Shown: positions 27,103 through 35,503 of the stretch, piece by piece
Layout of the letters: the number at the start of each line of letters is the position of its first letter
How positions within the stretch are numbered: position 1 is the first letter of the stretch
IMG/VR virus record: IMGVR_UViG_2896595138_000012
Direction: 5' to 3' (one strand)
Length of the DNA stretch: 35,503 nt
Origin: a virus
Lineage: Duplodnaviria; Heunggongvirae; Uroviricota; Caudoviricetes
The notes under the pieces: model-generated
What the model saw: the letters and a program-made list of their open reading frames with translations, nothing else
The model's database searches: none
What the model was told of the DNA's origin: nothing
Position numbers and translations under genes: made by a program

Positions 27103-28270
27103 TATCGACTTCAAAAACATACTGCGCGAAAGCGGAATGCCGGTTGATGAACAGACCGTACGTGACACCCTGCAACAGGTGGCAGATGATGAAAAACTCA
27201 TCACCAATACGTCGCGCATGTCGCCATTCTGGCGGCTGATTCAGTTGCTGGTTATCACGCCGTATGTGTGGATTGTTGACACACTGGCTGACAATGTACT
27301 GCATAATCTGTTTCTGATGACTGCCAGAGGGCCGTTCGTTGACCTGTTCGCTGCCGCCCTCAAGCTTACCCGCAAGGAAGCCACGCGTGCGATCGGTAAA
27401 ATCATTTTTACCAAAAACAACCAGAATGACAGTGTGACCGTACCGGCTGGCACACTGATTCAGACGGAGCGTATTAACGGTGTGATTTATTCCATGGCGA
27501 CCCGCGAGCAGGTAATTATCCCCGCAGGCACGCAAAGCACCCTTATTGATGTGATCGCCACCGACAGCGGTACGGCATTCAATCTGGCACCAGGCTATTA
27601 CCAGATACTCCCCAAAGCGATTAACGGAATTGCGTCTGTACGTAACGGTGATAACTGGCTGACCATACCGGGCGCAAACCGCGAAAGTGACGACGAACTG
27701 AAAGATCGTTGCCGTAACCAGTTTAACCTTGCCGGCAGTTATCACACTGACGCAGTTTACCGCAGCCTGATAGCTGCACAGGCCGGACTGACCATCGATC
27801 GCATCTTCTTTTTACATGACGCCCCGCGAGGACCTGGTACAACTAATGCCTACCTGCTGCTGGATACCGGGGTTATTTCGCAACCCTGGGTTGACAGCGT
27901 GAATGATTACATCATGGCACAGGGACATCACGGCCACGGCGATGATATGCGTTGTTTTGCCATGCCGGAAACCCGCCACGATCTGGCGGTTACGGTGTAT
28001 GTTGAAAACCTTTCCAATATCAGCAAAAACGATATCGACGCCCTGAAATCAGGCACTGAAAACCTGATTCGTTGTGCATTCCGTGAAAACAGTAACTACG
28101 ACGTAACCCGCACATGGCCATACAGTCGCTTTTCATTCTCGCAACTGGGACGCGAACTGCATGACACCTTTCCTCTGGTGGGATCCGTGACGTTTTCCCT
28201 TGAGGATATCATCAGCGATCTGAACGTACCCCGCCTGAACACACTGACAGTTGAGGTGAAGAATGCCTGA
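27092..28270 (+). CDS. Baseplate J-like protein
   Basis: 392 aa; size, position and translational coupling typical of baseplate J/gp47 family. Confidence 0.65.
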   Translation: MQNNIDFKNILRESGMPVDEQTVRDTLQQVADDEKLITNTSRMSPFWRLIQLLVITPYVWIVDTLADNVLHNLFLMTARGPFVDLFAAALKLTRKEATRAIGKIIFTKNNQNDSVTVPAGTLIQTERINGVIYSMATREQVIIPAGTQSTLIDVIATDSGTAFNLAPGYYQILPKAINGIASVRNGDNWLTIPGANRESDDELKDRCRNQFNLAGSYHTDAVYRSLIAAQAGLTIDRIFFLHDAPRGPGTTNAYLLLDTGVISQPWVDSVNDYIMAQGHHGHGDDMRCFAMPETRHDLAVTVYVENLSNISKNDIDALKSGTENLIRCAFRENSNYDVTRTWPYSRFSFSQLGRELHDTFPLVGSVTFSLEDIISDLNVPRLNTLTVEVKNA

Positions 28271-28835
28271 TAAATCACCGGACATTAAGTTGCCGTCATG
28301 GCTGAATCGCGGCGATGTGCTCCGCCTGAAAAACACCTTTATCCGTTTCTGGGGAAAGGTGCACGACTGGGTAACATGGCCACTGAGCCAGACCGACCCA
28401 CTGACATGTGCGGAATCCATTCTGAACCTGACAGCCTGGCAATATGATATAGCCCGTTTTGACGGCGAACCGCTCACGCTGTACAGAAAGCGTGTCAAAT
28501 ATGCCTTTATCAACGCACAGGACGCGGGCAGCGTGGCGGGATTCAGGGCAATTTTTGAACGACTGGGGATCGGTTATGTGGAGATTCAGGAGCGCCAGCC
28601 AGGCACAGACTGGGATGTTGTTCTTTTGCGCCTGACAGACAACCAGATCTCAGAAAATACAACATTACTCAATCAGATAATTCGCCAGTACGGTCGCACC
28701 TGCCGCCGTTACCATCTTCAGATAATCACATCCACGGATTGTGTTATCGGACACGGATACTGGCATGGCAGCTATCACTATTTTTATGCACCGGAGATGA
28801 AAAATGACCCAGAGCGCTATCACTTCAGCATTTGA
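28263..28835 (+). CDS. Baseplate/tail protein (P2 gpI-like candidate)
   Basis: 190 aa between J-like gene and tail fibre. Confidence 0.5.
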   Translation: MPDKSPDIKLPSWLNRGDVLRLKNTFIRFWGKVHDWVTWPLSQTDPLTCAESILNLTAWQYDIARFDGEPLTLYRKRVKYAFINAQDAGSVAGFRAIFERLGIGYVEIQERQPGTDWDVVLLRLTDNQISENTTLLNQIIRQYGRTCRRYHLQIITSTDCVIGHGYWHGSYHYFYAPEMKNDPERYHFSI

Positions 28836-28997
28836 GCGCCTGAAAGCGCAGGAAGCCGCAGGCGGCAACCGTATCATCATTGATCAGTTTGTATTTGCAA
28901 ATATCCCGGATCTGAACATTGCCGACACGCCGTCTGAAAACGAACCATTGCCCCCGATGCACAGATAGTTCACCGCCAGAACGTTGATCGCAACGGA

Positions 28998-30809
28998 ATG
29001 GTAAATGAGAACACCGTCGCCTACTCCGTTACCCTGCCGGAGTCCACGGGTGATTTTACTTTTAACTGGCTGGGTCTGGTAAGCAGCACCACAAATACAC
29101 TTTGTATGGTGGTATATCTTCACCCTCAGAAAAAAATAAAAACCGCAGACGGCAAACAGGGTAATACCCTGATTTATTCTGAAATTATGGAATACGCCGG
29201 AGCCAGCGCCGCAACCGGCATCACCACGCCAGTAAGCACCTGGCAGATTGATTTTACGGCACGGCTTCACGGCATGGACGAGGCCACCCGCAAAGCGGCG
29301 CTGGATATCTACGGGCCTGGCCTGTTCTTTAATAACGCCTTTAAACTCACCGCTCAGGCTACCGGGCAGGCGACCTTCGCGCCGGGTATTGCCTATCTGC
29401 GCGGATTACGTGTGGAGCTGGATGAACAAGGCACACTGACATACGCCACCGGAATTTCACAAACTGTTTATGTTGACGCGGCATTAACCGGTACCCTGAC
29501 CGGGGAAAATAAAGCCATATTCAGCCTGACGAGTCAGAAAACAGCCGACTATACCGACAGTTCAGGATTTGCCCATTATGTCGAACCCATCGCCACAATA
29601 TCAGACAGTGGCGAGATCACCGATATACGAAAAACCCGCAAACCATTAAATGACCGCCTTGATGGCGAATACCTGACCCGTAACGGGAACCTGAAAGAAA
29701 TTGCTGACAAAGGTGAACAGGCCCAGTCTGATGCCAGAAAGCATATGGGCCTCGGCGACAGCGCCACCCTTAATGTTGGCACCGCGCAGGACACTGTAGC
29801 CGCAGGTGACGACATCCGCATCACAGGAGCGCTGCAAAAAAATCAGAACGGAGCAGATATTCCCGATAAACCGCTGTTTATCCAGAACGTTGGTTTACAG
29901 GAAACGGTAAACAAGGCTGATAACGCTGTCCAAAAGACAGGCGATACCTTGTCCGGTGGACTTACTTTTGAAAACGACTCAACCCTTGCCTGGATTCGAA
30001 ATACTGACTGGGCAAAGATTGGTTTTAAAAATAATGCCGACAGCGATACTGATTCATACATGTGGTTTGAAACAGGTGACAACGGCAATGAGTATTTCAA
30101 ATGGAGACACCGCCTCGCTGGCGGCCGGGTTAAAGACCTGATGAATCTCAAATGGGATACACTAAATATTCTGGTTAATGCCGTCATTAATGGTTGTCTT
30201 GGAATTGGTACGACGAATGCGTTAGGTGGAAGTTCAATCGTTTTAGGAGATAACGATACCGGGTTTAAACAAAATGGCGATGGTCTGCTTGATGTTTATG
30301 CGAATGGACAGCATGTATTTCGTTTTCAGAATGGCGTGGCTATTGCTTTTAAGAATATTCAGGCCGGAACTGCCAGAAAATTCACGTTATCCAGCGCCAA
30401 CAACTCCACGAAAAATGCAGCGTTTTGTTTGTGGGGTAATCCATCCAGGCCTGTTGTTGCAGAGCTTGGTGATGATTCAGGCTGGCATTTTTTCAGCCAG
30501 AGGAATACAGATAACAGCATCACGTTCGCCGTAAACGGACAGGTAATTCCGTTAAATTACGGAAACTTCGATGCCCGCTATAAACATCGAACTGAGGGGG
30601 TACAGGATGTGCGATATGGCCATGAAATGTATTACGGCCCCGGCAGTAACACCGTTTCGTGGACATTTCGCGCACCTTCGGGACACGGGCTGTCAGGGGT
30701 AAAGATATCGGATACCCACCGTAACTCAGCGGATAACGTTGACGGTGTGTATTACCGACCGCTGCAAAAACTGATTAATGGCACCTGGTATAACGTAGCG
30801 AGTATTTAA
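28998..30809 (+). CDS. Tail fibre protein (5' end apparently frameshifted; true start probably 28804)
   Basis: 603 aa; AT-rich, Gly/Asn-rich distal half typical of receptor-binding region; followed by fibre assembly gene. Confidence 0.75.
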   Translation: MVNENTVAYSVTLPESTGDFTFNWLGLVSSTTNTLCMVVYLHPQKKIKTADGKQGNTLIYSEIMEYAGASAATGITTPVSTWQIDFTARLHGMDEATRKAALDIYGPGLFFNNAFKLTAQATGQATFAPGIAYLRGLRVELDEQGTLTYATGISQTVYVDAALTGTLTGENKAIFSLTSQKTADYTDSSGFAHYVEPIATISDSGEITDIRKTRKPLNDRLDGEYLTRNGNLKEIADKGEQAQSDARKHMGLGDSATLNVGTAQDTVAAGDDIRITGALQKNQNGADIPDKPLFIQNVGLQETVNKADNAVQKTGDTLSGGLTFENDSTLAWIRNTDWAKIGFKNNADSDTDSYMWFETGDNGNEYFKWRHRLAGGRVKDLMNLKWDTLNILVNAVINGCLGIGTTNALGGSSIVLGDNDTGFKQNGDGLLDVYANGQHVFRFQNGVAIAFKNIQAGTARKFTLSSANNSTKNAAFCLWGNPSRPVVAELGDDSGWHFFSQRNTDNSITFAVNGQVIPLNYGNFDARYKHRTEGVQDVRYGHEMYYGPGSNTVSWTFRAPSGHGLSGVKISDTHRNSADNVDGVYYRPLQKLINGTWYNVASI

Positions 30810-30810
30810 T

Positions 30811-31338
30811 ATGATGCACTTAAAGAACATAAAAGCGGGTAACACTAAAACGCCGGAACAGTATGAGTTAACAAAGAAGCACAGAGTCATCTGGCTTTAC
30901 GCTGAAGACGGGAAAAACTGGTATGAGGAAGTGAAGAACTTTCAGCCAGATACAATAAAGATTGTTTACGACGAAAATAATATTATTGTTGCCATTACCA
31001 AAGATACCTCAACGCTTAATCCTGAAGGTTTCAGCGTTGTCGAAGTTCCTGATATTACCGCCAACCGACGTGCTGATGACTCCGGGAAGTGGATGTTTAA
31101 GGACGGAGCTGTGGTTAAGCGGATTTATACGGCAGGCGAGCAGCAACAACAGGCCGAATCACAAAAGGCCGCGTTACTTTCCGAAGCTGAATCAGTCATC
31201 CAGCCGCTGGAACGCGCTGTCAGGCTGAATATGGCAACAGACGAGGAACGCACACGACTGGAAGCATGGGAACGCTACAGTGTTCTGGTCAGCCGTGTGG
31301 ACACTGCAAAACCTGAATGGCCACAAAAGCCCGGGTGA
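30811..31338 (+). CDS. Tail fibre assembly chaperone (Tfa-like)
   Basis: 175 aa; C-terminal W-x-Y ... RVD ... PEWPQKP region typical of Tfa proteins. Confidence 0.75.
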   Translation: MMHLKNIKAGNTKTPEQYELTKKHRVIWLYAEDGKNWYEEVKNFQPDTIKIVYDENNIIVAITKDTSTLNPEGFSVVEVPDITANRRADDSGKWMFKDGAVVKRIYTAGEQQQQAESQKAALLSEAESVIQPLERAVRLNMATDEERTRLEAWERYSVLVSRVDTAKPEWPQKPG

Positions 31339-31474
31339 AAACCAAGGCCCGAACGCCAGGCCTTTTGCGAATACACCGGCATGCCAGAGTGGAAACAAAT
31401 TGCGACGCACCAGTCCGTGCACATTTCTGACCGGGCAGCTATTCCAGAAAACAGCAGACAAGAGAGGTACAGAT

Positions 31475-31597
31475 ATGTGGTTTCCGGCAAAACTGATGCT
31501 TCCGACAGGTAATATCACCCCCATAACATGTTCAGCTATGGCCGTACATCCGTGGGATGTTGAAGCGGGCACATTACGCCAGACGGTGCGTATTTAA
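31475..31597 (+). CDS. Small ORF of unknown function (possible gene remnant or frameshifted 5' end of next gene)
   Basis: 40 aa; AGAGAGG RBS 6 nt upstream of ATG. Confidence 0.3.
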   Translation: MWFPAKLMLPTGNITPITCSAMAVHPWDVEAGTLRQTVRI

Positions 31598-31671
31598 GCC
31601 CCGTCAACGCAATAAACCACCTTAACAGCAAACTCCCGGGCCTGACCGAAAACAGCGATATCGCCATCATA

Positions 31672-32217
31672 ATGGTAACAGGCAGCAATAATAACGATTT
31701 TATTCGTCAACTGTCAGCACTGGCAGACACACTCCCTTTACCCACTCTGACGCAGACGCTAAGACGCGCAAGAACACAGCTCACCCAGGCAATCACCAGA
31801 ATGCAAATCCCGGCGACACCACAGAACGGACTACCCGCTCCGCAACCACTTATTGCCAGCACACTACAGAACAGCATCAGTAACCACACCGCGCTTAACG
31901 CTATGAAGGCCGAAGGGCTGAACTCTGTCGACTCACTGAAAAACGCGTTATCCGGTTTTCAGGCACAACGTCAACGGTTGCAGCAACAGATAATCGCTGA
32001 ACTGGCAGGAGCAGGCGATAAAGTGGCAAAAGCATTTGCGTTCGTGCACACCGGCGACGCCGTTTTAGCCCGCCGGGAAATGATGAAAAATATTCCGCAC
32101 CCCACAGCTTCACTGACATATGCACACCTGTTCGCAGGCGATCTTTCCGGGATGCTGAACTGGATAACGAAGGCAGAAAATGAGCCAGAACACGACAACG
32201 CCACTGCTGGCCCTTAA
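31672..32217 (+). CDS. Tail/baseplate-associated protein candidate
   Basis: 181-aa ORF in late tail operon. Confidence 0.45.
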   Translation: MVTGSNNNDFIRQLSALADTLPLPTLTQTLRRARTQLTQAITRMQIPATPQNGLPAPQPLIASTLQNSISNHTALNAMKAEGLNSVDSLKNALSGFQAQRQRLQQQIIAELAGAGDKVAKAFAFVHTGDAVLARREMMKNIPHPTASLTYAHLFAGDLSGMLNWITKAENEPEHDNATAGP

Positions 32218-32746
32218 TGGTCAGATAATCCCGCTAAAACGCTTAAGTGTCAGCGTGAAGCTGACCATCAAAGACAAAGACGCTTCCGGAAAATCCTCAT
32301 CAACAGCGACTTCAGAACAGGGTGTAAAAGCCAAGGAGCTGCAGATTTCCGGACTGATTCCGTTCACCCAGCCGGAAGCACTCACACGCTTATTTCGTCT
32401 GGCTGAAGCCAGAGCCGCTAACGGTGCACAACAGGTTTACCGCATCGCCAACATGGATGCCAAAGCGGTCAATATGAAGCAAGGGATTTTTTCCGGTGCC
32501 GTGGGCGCAACTCCTGAAACAGGCCTGATGGCATGGAAAGTTGACTTCACTCTGAAAGAAAAACTCAGCAGTGCCGAAAAGGCGACAGGACGCGGCCCGG
32601 CTGGCAGCCAGAGTGCTGAACAGCACGCACAGGCCGTCAAATCAGGTGGCAAAGGCGAAAAAAACGAAGAGCATGGCTGGTTCTGGAAAATGTCAGACAA
32701 ACTCAATAACTGGATAGGCCCGGCAGGCAATGAAACCAATTCGTGA
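32180..32746 (+). CDS. Tail/baseplate-associated protein candidate
   Basis: 188-aa ORF overlapping neighbours on both sides. Confidence 0.45.
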   Translation: MSQNTTTPLLALNGQIIPLKRLSVSVKLTIKDKDASGKSSSTATSEQGVKAKELQISGLIPFTQPEALTRLFRLAEARAANGAQQVYRIANMDAKAVNMKQGIFSGAVGATPETGLMAWKVDFTLKEKLSSAEKATGRGPAGSQSAEQHAQAVKSGGKGEKNEEHGWFWKMSDKLNNWIGPAGNETNS

Positions 32747-34418
32747 TCTCTGCATTAACGGCAGGCGTTATCCTGTCGTGGAAGAAAACATCATGTTGCG
32801 TCTCAACGGCGCGGGAACCGGCTTTATCACCATTAACGCCGCCGACAATACTCCCCCGCTACGCGGCAAACCCGTAGAGCTGTCCATCGGTTACAATGAT
32901 CAGCCTGTAAAGTGGTTTTCGGGATATGTGGAAAGTGACAGTTGTACAGGCAGAGGGCTGCACAAGCTGATGGTGCGCGAAGCTGCTGCTATTCTGCAAT
33001 ACCCGCTCAACATCTCCATGCAGCATCCGACGCTGAAACAGGTCGCAGGACACATTGAAGGCAATACAGGTTTACGCATACAACTCCCGAAGGCAGGCTA
33101 CACCACCACTCCGGTCCCTCATCTGACCCACAATGGCAACGGTTATCAGCTGATGGCCATGCTTGGCCGCATATTCAGTATCCCGGATTACGTCTGGTAT
33201 CCGTCGGTTGACGGCATCATCTACGCCGGAAGCTTTGCTGACTGCCGTTTTGCAAAACGCCCTGCCAGATTGCCGGTCGATATCACCAGAGGTGATCACG
33301 GAGCAAATGGCTGGACAATACAGACGATTCCCATGATGCGCCCCGGCGTGGTCATGAACGATCACCGTATAAATCAGGTACAGCTACAGGGCGACAGCAT
33401 GATCATTAGCTGGAGTGATGGCCGTCAGTCGCCCGTACAACGCCAGATCGAAACCCTTTACCCCGAGATAGGCAACAAAACCCACCTTCCACGCATGGGA
33501 CGCGTGATCTCACCAACTGAAAACACAACCCAGGGGGATTTGCATGATGAATTTCGCCCACGCTACGCCGTCAATGTGCAGTTGCTCGACGAGAACGGCA
33601 CCCCCGATAAGAACACACCGGTATATAACGCCGTCCCCGTTCCTGTGCCAATGGCCGGCAATGAATCCGGGATATTCCAGTACCCGCCCCCAGGAACCAT
33701 AGTTACACTGGCCCACGTTGACGGCAGGCCGGATAAACCCATCATCACCGGCACTCACGCCAGCGGCCAGAGTCTGCCGGGAATAAAGCCCGGCGAACAA
33801 CTACAACAGCAACGCGCAGAGGTATTCCAGCGTGTGCATACAGATGGCACATGGCAGCGTGAAACCGATCAGGTTATTCGTGAGAAATCCACCGACCGCA
33901 TCATCCAGAACACAACGGAAACGCGCACCAGTACCACTCGTAATATTACCGTAAAGGCCAACAACACCATAACGGTGCTCGGCACTCATAAGCTGATGAG
34001 CGGCCACATACAGCACATCGCAGACGGTGACTATGCCGTAGCCGCCACGAAGAAACTGATACAGCACGCCGACAGCGCTGAACTCGACGTTACTCACCAG
34101 TGGCAAACCAGCACAGAAAGCACCACCCACAATGTGGCGAAAACGCTGGAAGAAAAGATTGGCCGGATTAAAAAATCCGTCGCTGGCCAGATGCAACAGA
34201 TCATCGCCCCGCAGGTCTGGTTTGGCAGCAATACCATCAACACACTTAACCTCATGCTGGATCTTTGCGACACCGTTCAGCAACTGGCGCAGCTCACCGC
34301 ACAACACACTCATACCAACAACGGGTCGTCACAGCCCACCAACAGCGGCAGCATAGACACGGTGGCATCAATGGCAGGCAACCTGAAAGCGAAGTACAGT
34401 ACCGTGATTAAGCAGTAA
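32730..34418 (+). CDS. Baseplate hub / late control D-like tail protein candidate
   Basis: 562 aa, last gene of the tail operon. Confidence 0.5.
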   Translation: MKPIRDLCINGRRYPVVEENIMLRLNGAGTGFITINAADNTPPLRGKPVELSIGYNDQPVKWFSGYVESDSCTGRGLHKLMVREAAAILQYPLNISMQHPTLKQVAGHIEGNTGLRIQLPKAGYTTTPVPHLTHNGNGYQLMAMLGRIFSIPDYVWYPSVDGIIYAGSFADCRFAKRPARLPVDITRGDHGANGWTIQTIPMMRPGVVMNDHRINQVQLQGDSMIISWSDGRQSPVQRQIETLYPEIGNKTHLPRMGRVISPTENTTQGDLHDEFRPRYAVNVQLLDENGTPDKNTPVYNAVPVPVPMAGNESGIFQYPPPGTIVTLAHVDGRPDKPIITGTHASGQSLPGIKPGEQLQQQRAEVFQRVHTDGTWQRETDQVIREKSTDRIIQNTTETRTSTTRNITVKANNTITVLGTHKLMSGHIQHIADGDYAVAATKKLIQHADSAELDVTHQWQTSTESTTHNVAKTLEEKIGRIKKSVAGQMQQIIAPQVWFGSNTINTLNLMLDLCDTVQQLAQLTAQHTHTNNGSSQPTNSGSIDTVASMAGNLKAKYSTVIKQ

Positions 34419-34545
34419 GTTTACAGATGAGAAGAGGTGCACAGGCAGCCCGGTTTACCGCTCAAGAATCATGCCACAAAATACAGACAAATAAGCCTTT
34501 CGTGAAATTATTCATATATCAATAAATTTCATTCATCGAACCAGA

Positions 34546-34566
34546 CGAAAGCCCGTCGCGACGGGC
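34546..34566. terminator. Hairpin downstream of tail operon
   Basis: GCCCGTC-GC-GACGGGC perfect 7-bp stem about 130 nt after the last tail gene; weak T tract only. Confidence 0.3.
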
Positions 34567-35362
34567 ATTCCCCCAGAAAAACACCCCCCACCAGACGCGC
34601 TGTATCGCATTCTGCGACATGCTTTAAGCAAATAAACGCGCGAGTCCCCCTGAATTCAGCTCGTAACGCCTGAAAGCGTACACGCACGCTACGTGGATAT
34701 TTCACGGCATGATGAGCCCAACACACGGCACGGGCGCAAGCCCCCCGCGCTTGCACTCTTTACGATAAAAATTTTTTGCCAAATAAATTTGTGCAAAACG
34801 ACACTCCAGACCGCGCCAGCACTGGCGCTTTACAAAAAAGCCATCTGGCACAAAGTGTCAAAGATTGCCAGGCTTTGCCAGATTAACGTTAAAAAAGGAT
34901 CTGACAGGAAAATTAACCATATGAAAAACAAAACCATTTTTTGTTTTCGTCATTTTAAAGGATCTGAATGCCGCCAAAGTGCCACATACAGGAACCACAT
35001 AACACAATGAAATAAAAGGTAAAAATAAAACATTGGACAAGGATCGTTTTGGCGCAGCGTTACACAGTTTCACTGTGTAACTATTTTCAGGCGCAAGCAA
35101 AAACCGCTCACGAAAGCAGCGACAAAAGCGGCAAAATTTTAACTTTCGCGGAGAACCGAACGGGTGACGTGAAACTTTACGTAGCAGAGAAGCGGGAAAT
35201 CAGTAGAATAATCGCGGGTGCCTTTCGGCTGATGGTCGGAGGGAATACCCGAAGGCCGGATGTGGAAAGGCCCCGGAAAACATTTCTGTTTAACCGAGGC
35301 CCTAACATATCTACCTTAAGCAAGTGATAGGTTAGCGCCTCTCCAACAAAGGAGCAAGCGCT

Positions 35363-35503
35363 ATGTCGCAAAAATCGCTTACGGCCATCACGTTCTGCGT
35401 GACGGCAATCCTCATCATCTGGATGCTGCACGGTTCGCTGTGTGAAATACGGATGAGCTTCTGGGGAGCGGAGTTTGCGGCGTTCTTACAGTGTAAACAG
35501 TAA
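35363..35503 (+). CDS. hok: Hok/Gef-family type I toxin-like small membrane protein
   Basis: 46 aa; AGGAG RBS; N-terminal TM helix, then SLCEIR and EFAAF matching the Hok/Gef conserved core (SLCEIR ... EVAAF). Confidence 0.55.
   Translation: MSQKSLTAITFCVTAILIIWMLHGSLCEIRMSFWGAEFAAFLQCKQ

Noticed and set aside
35058-35080. LexA box within the hairpin upstream of the hok-like gene
   Set aside because: The sequence is a 9-bp-stem inverted repeat but does not fit the CTGT-N8-ACAG spacing.
35320-35445. mok-like overlapping reading frame for the hok-like gene
   Set aside because: The only frame that reads through the hok start has no ATG, GTG or TTG; the other stops at 35400. A cryptic mok or a homopolymer error cannot be excluded.
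1-35503. CRISPR array or other long tandem repeats
   Set aside because: No regularly spaced direct repeats were seen; the only repeats are the short motifs described in the findings.

Overview
This 35.5-kb window is almost entirely a P2-family temperate prophage, with a mosaic contractile-tail module. No searches were run; every family call is motif recognition by eye. Left to right: a tyrosine integrase (minus strand, stop codon at window position 1-3, so attL is outside the window); a leftward integrase-proximal block (YebY-like secreted protein, a C-tail-anchored membrane protein, two paralogous XRE HTH regulators); a rightward early operon (Cox-like protein, small ORFs, ASCH-like protein, Dam methyltransferase, DUF4406-like protein, DNA-binding protein, HUH rolling-circle replication initiator of the P2 gpA type); an Ogr/Delta-like zinc-finger late activator; an inserted IS110-family element; portal and large terminase (leftward); scaffold, major capsid, small terminase and head completion (rightward); tail sheath and tube; a lysis cassette (holin, GH24 lysozyme, Rz with embedded Rz1); tail chaperone with a -1 slippery site; tape measure, baseplate, tail fibre and fibre assembly genes; and a Hok/Gef-like small toxin gene at the right edge. 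No rRNA, tRNA or CRISPR array was seen. Main caveat: at least four genes (replication, holin, tape measure, tail fibre) show apparent frameshifts, each repaired by adding one base to a homopolymer run. The consistent direction suggests homopolymer under-calls in the assembly rather than biology, though real decay or phase variation cannot be excluded. The most interesting candidates are the integrase-proximal block with a triplicated peptide motif, the IS110 element with a structured upstream region, and the Hok-like toxin with no mok-like overlapping frame.
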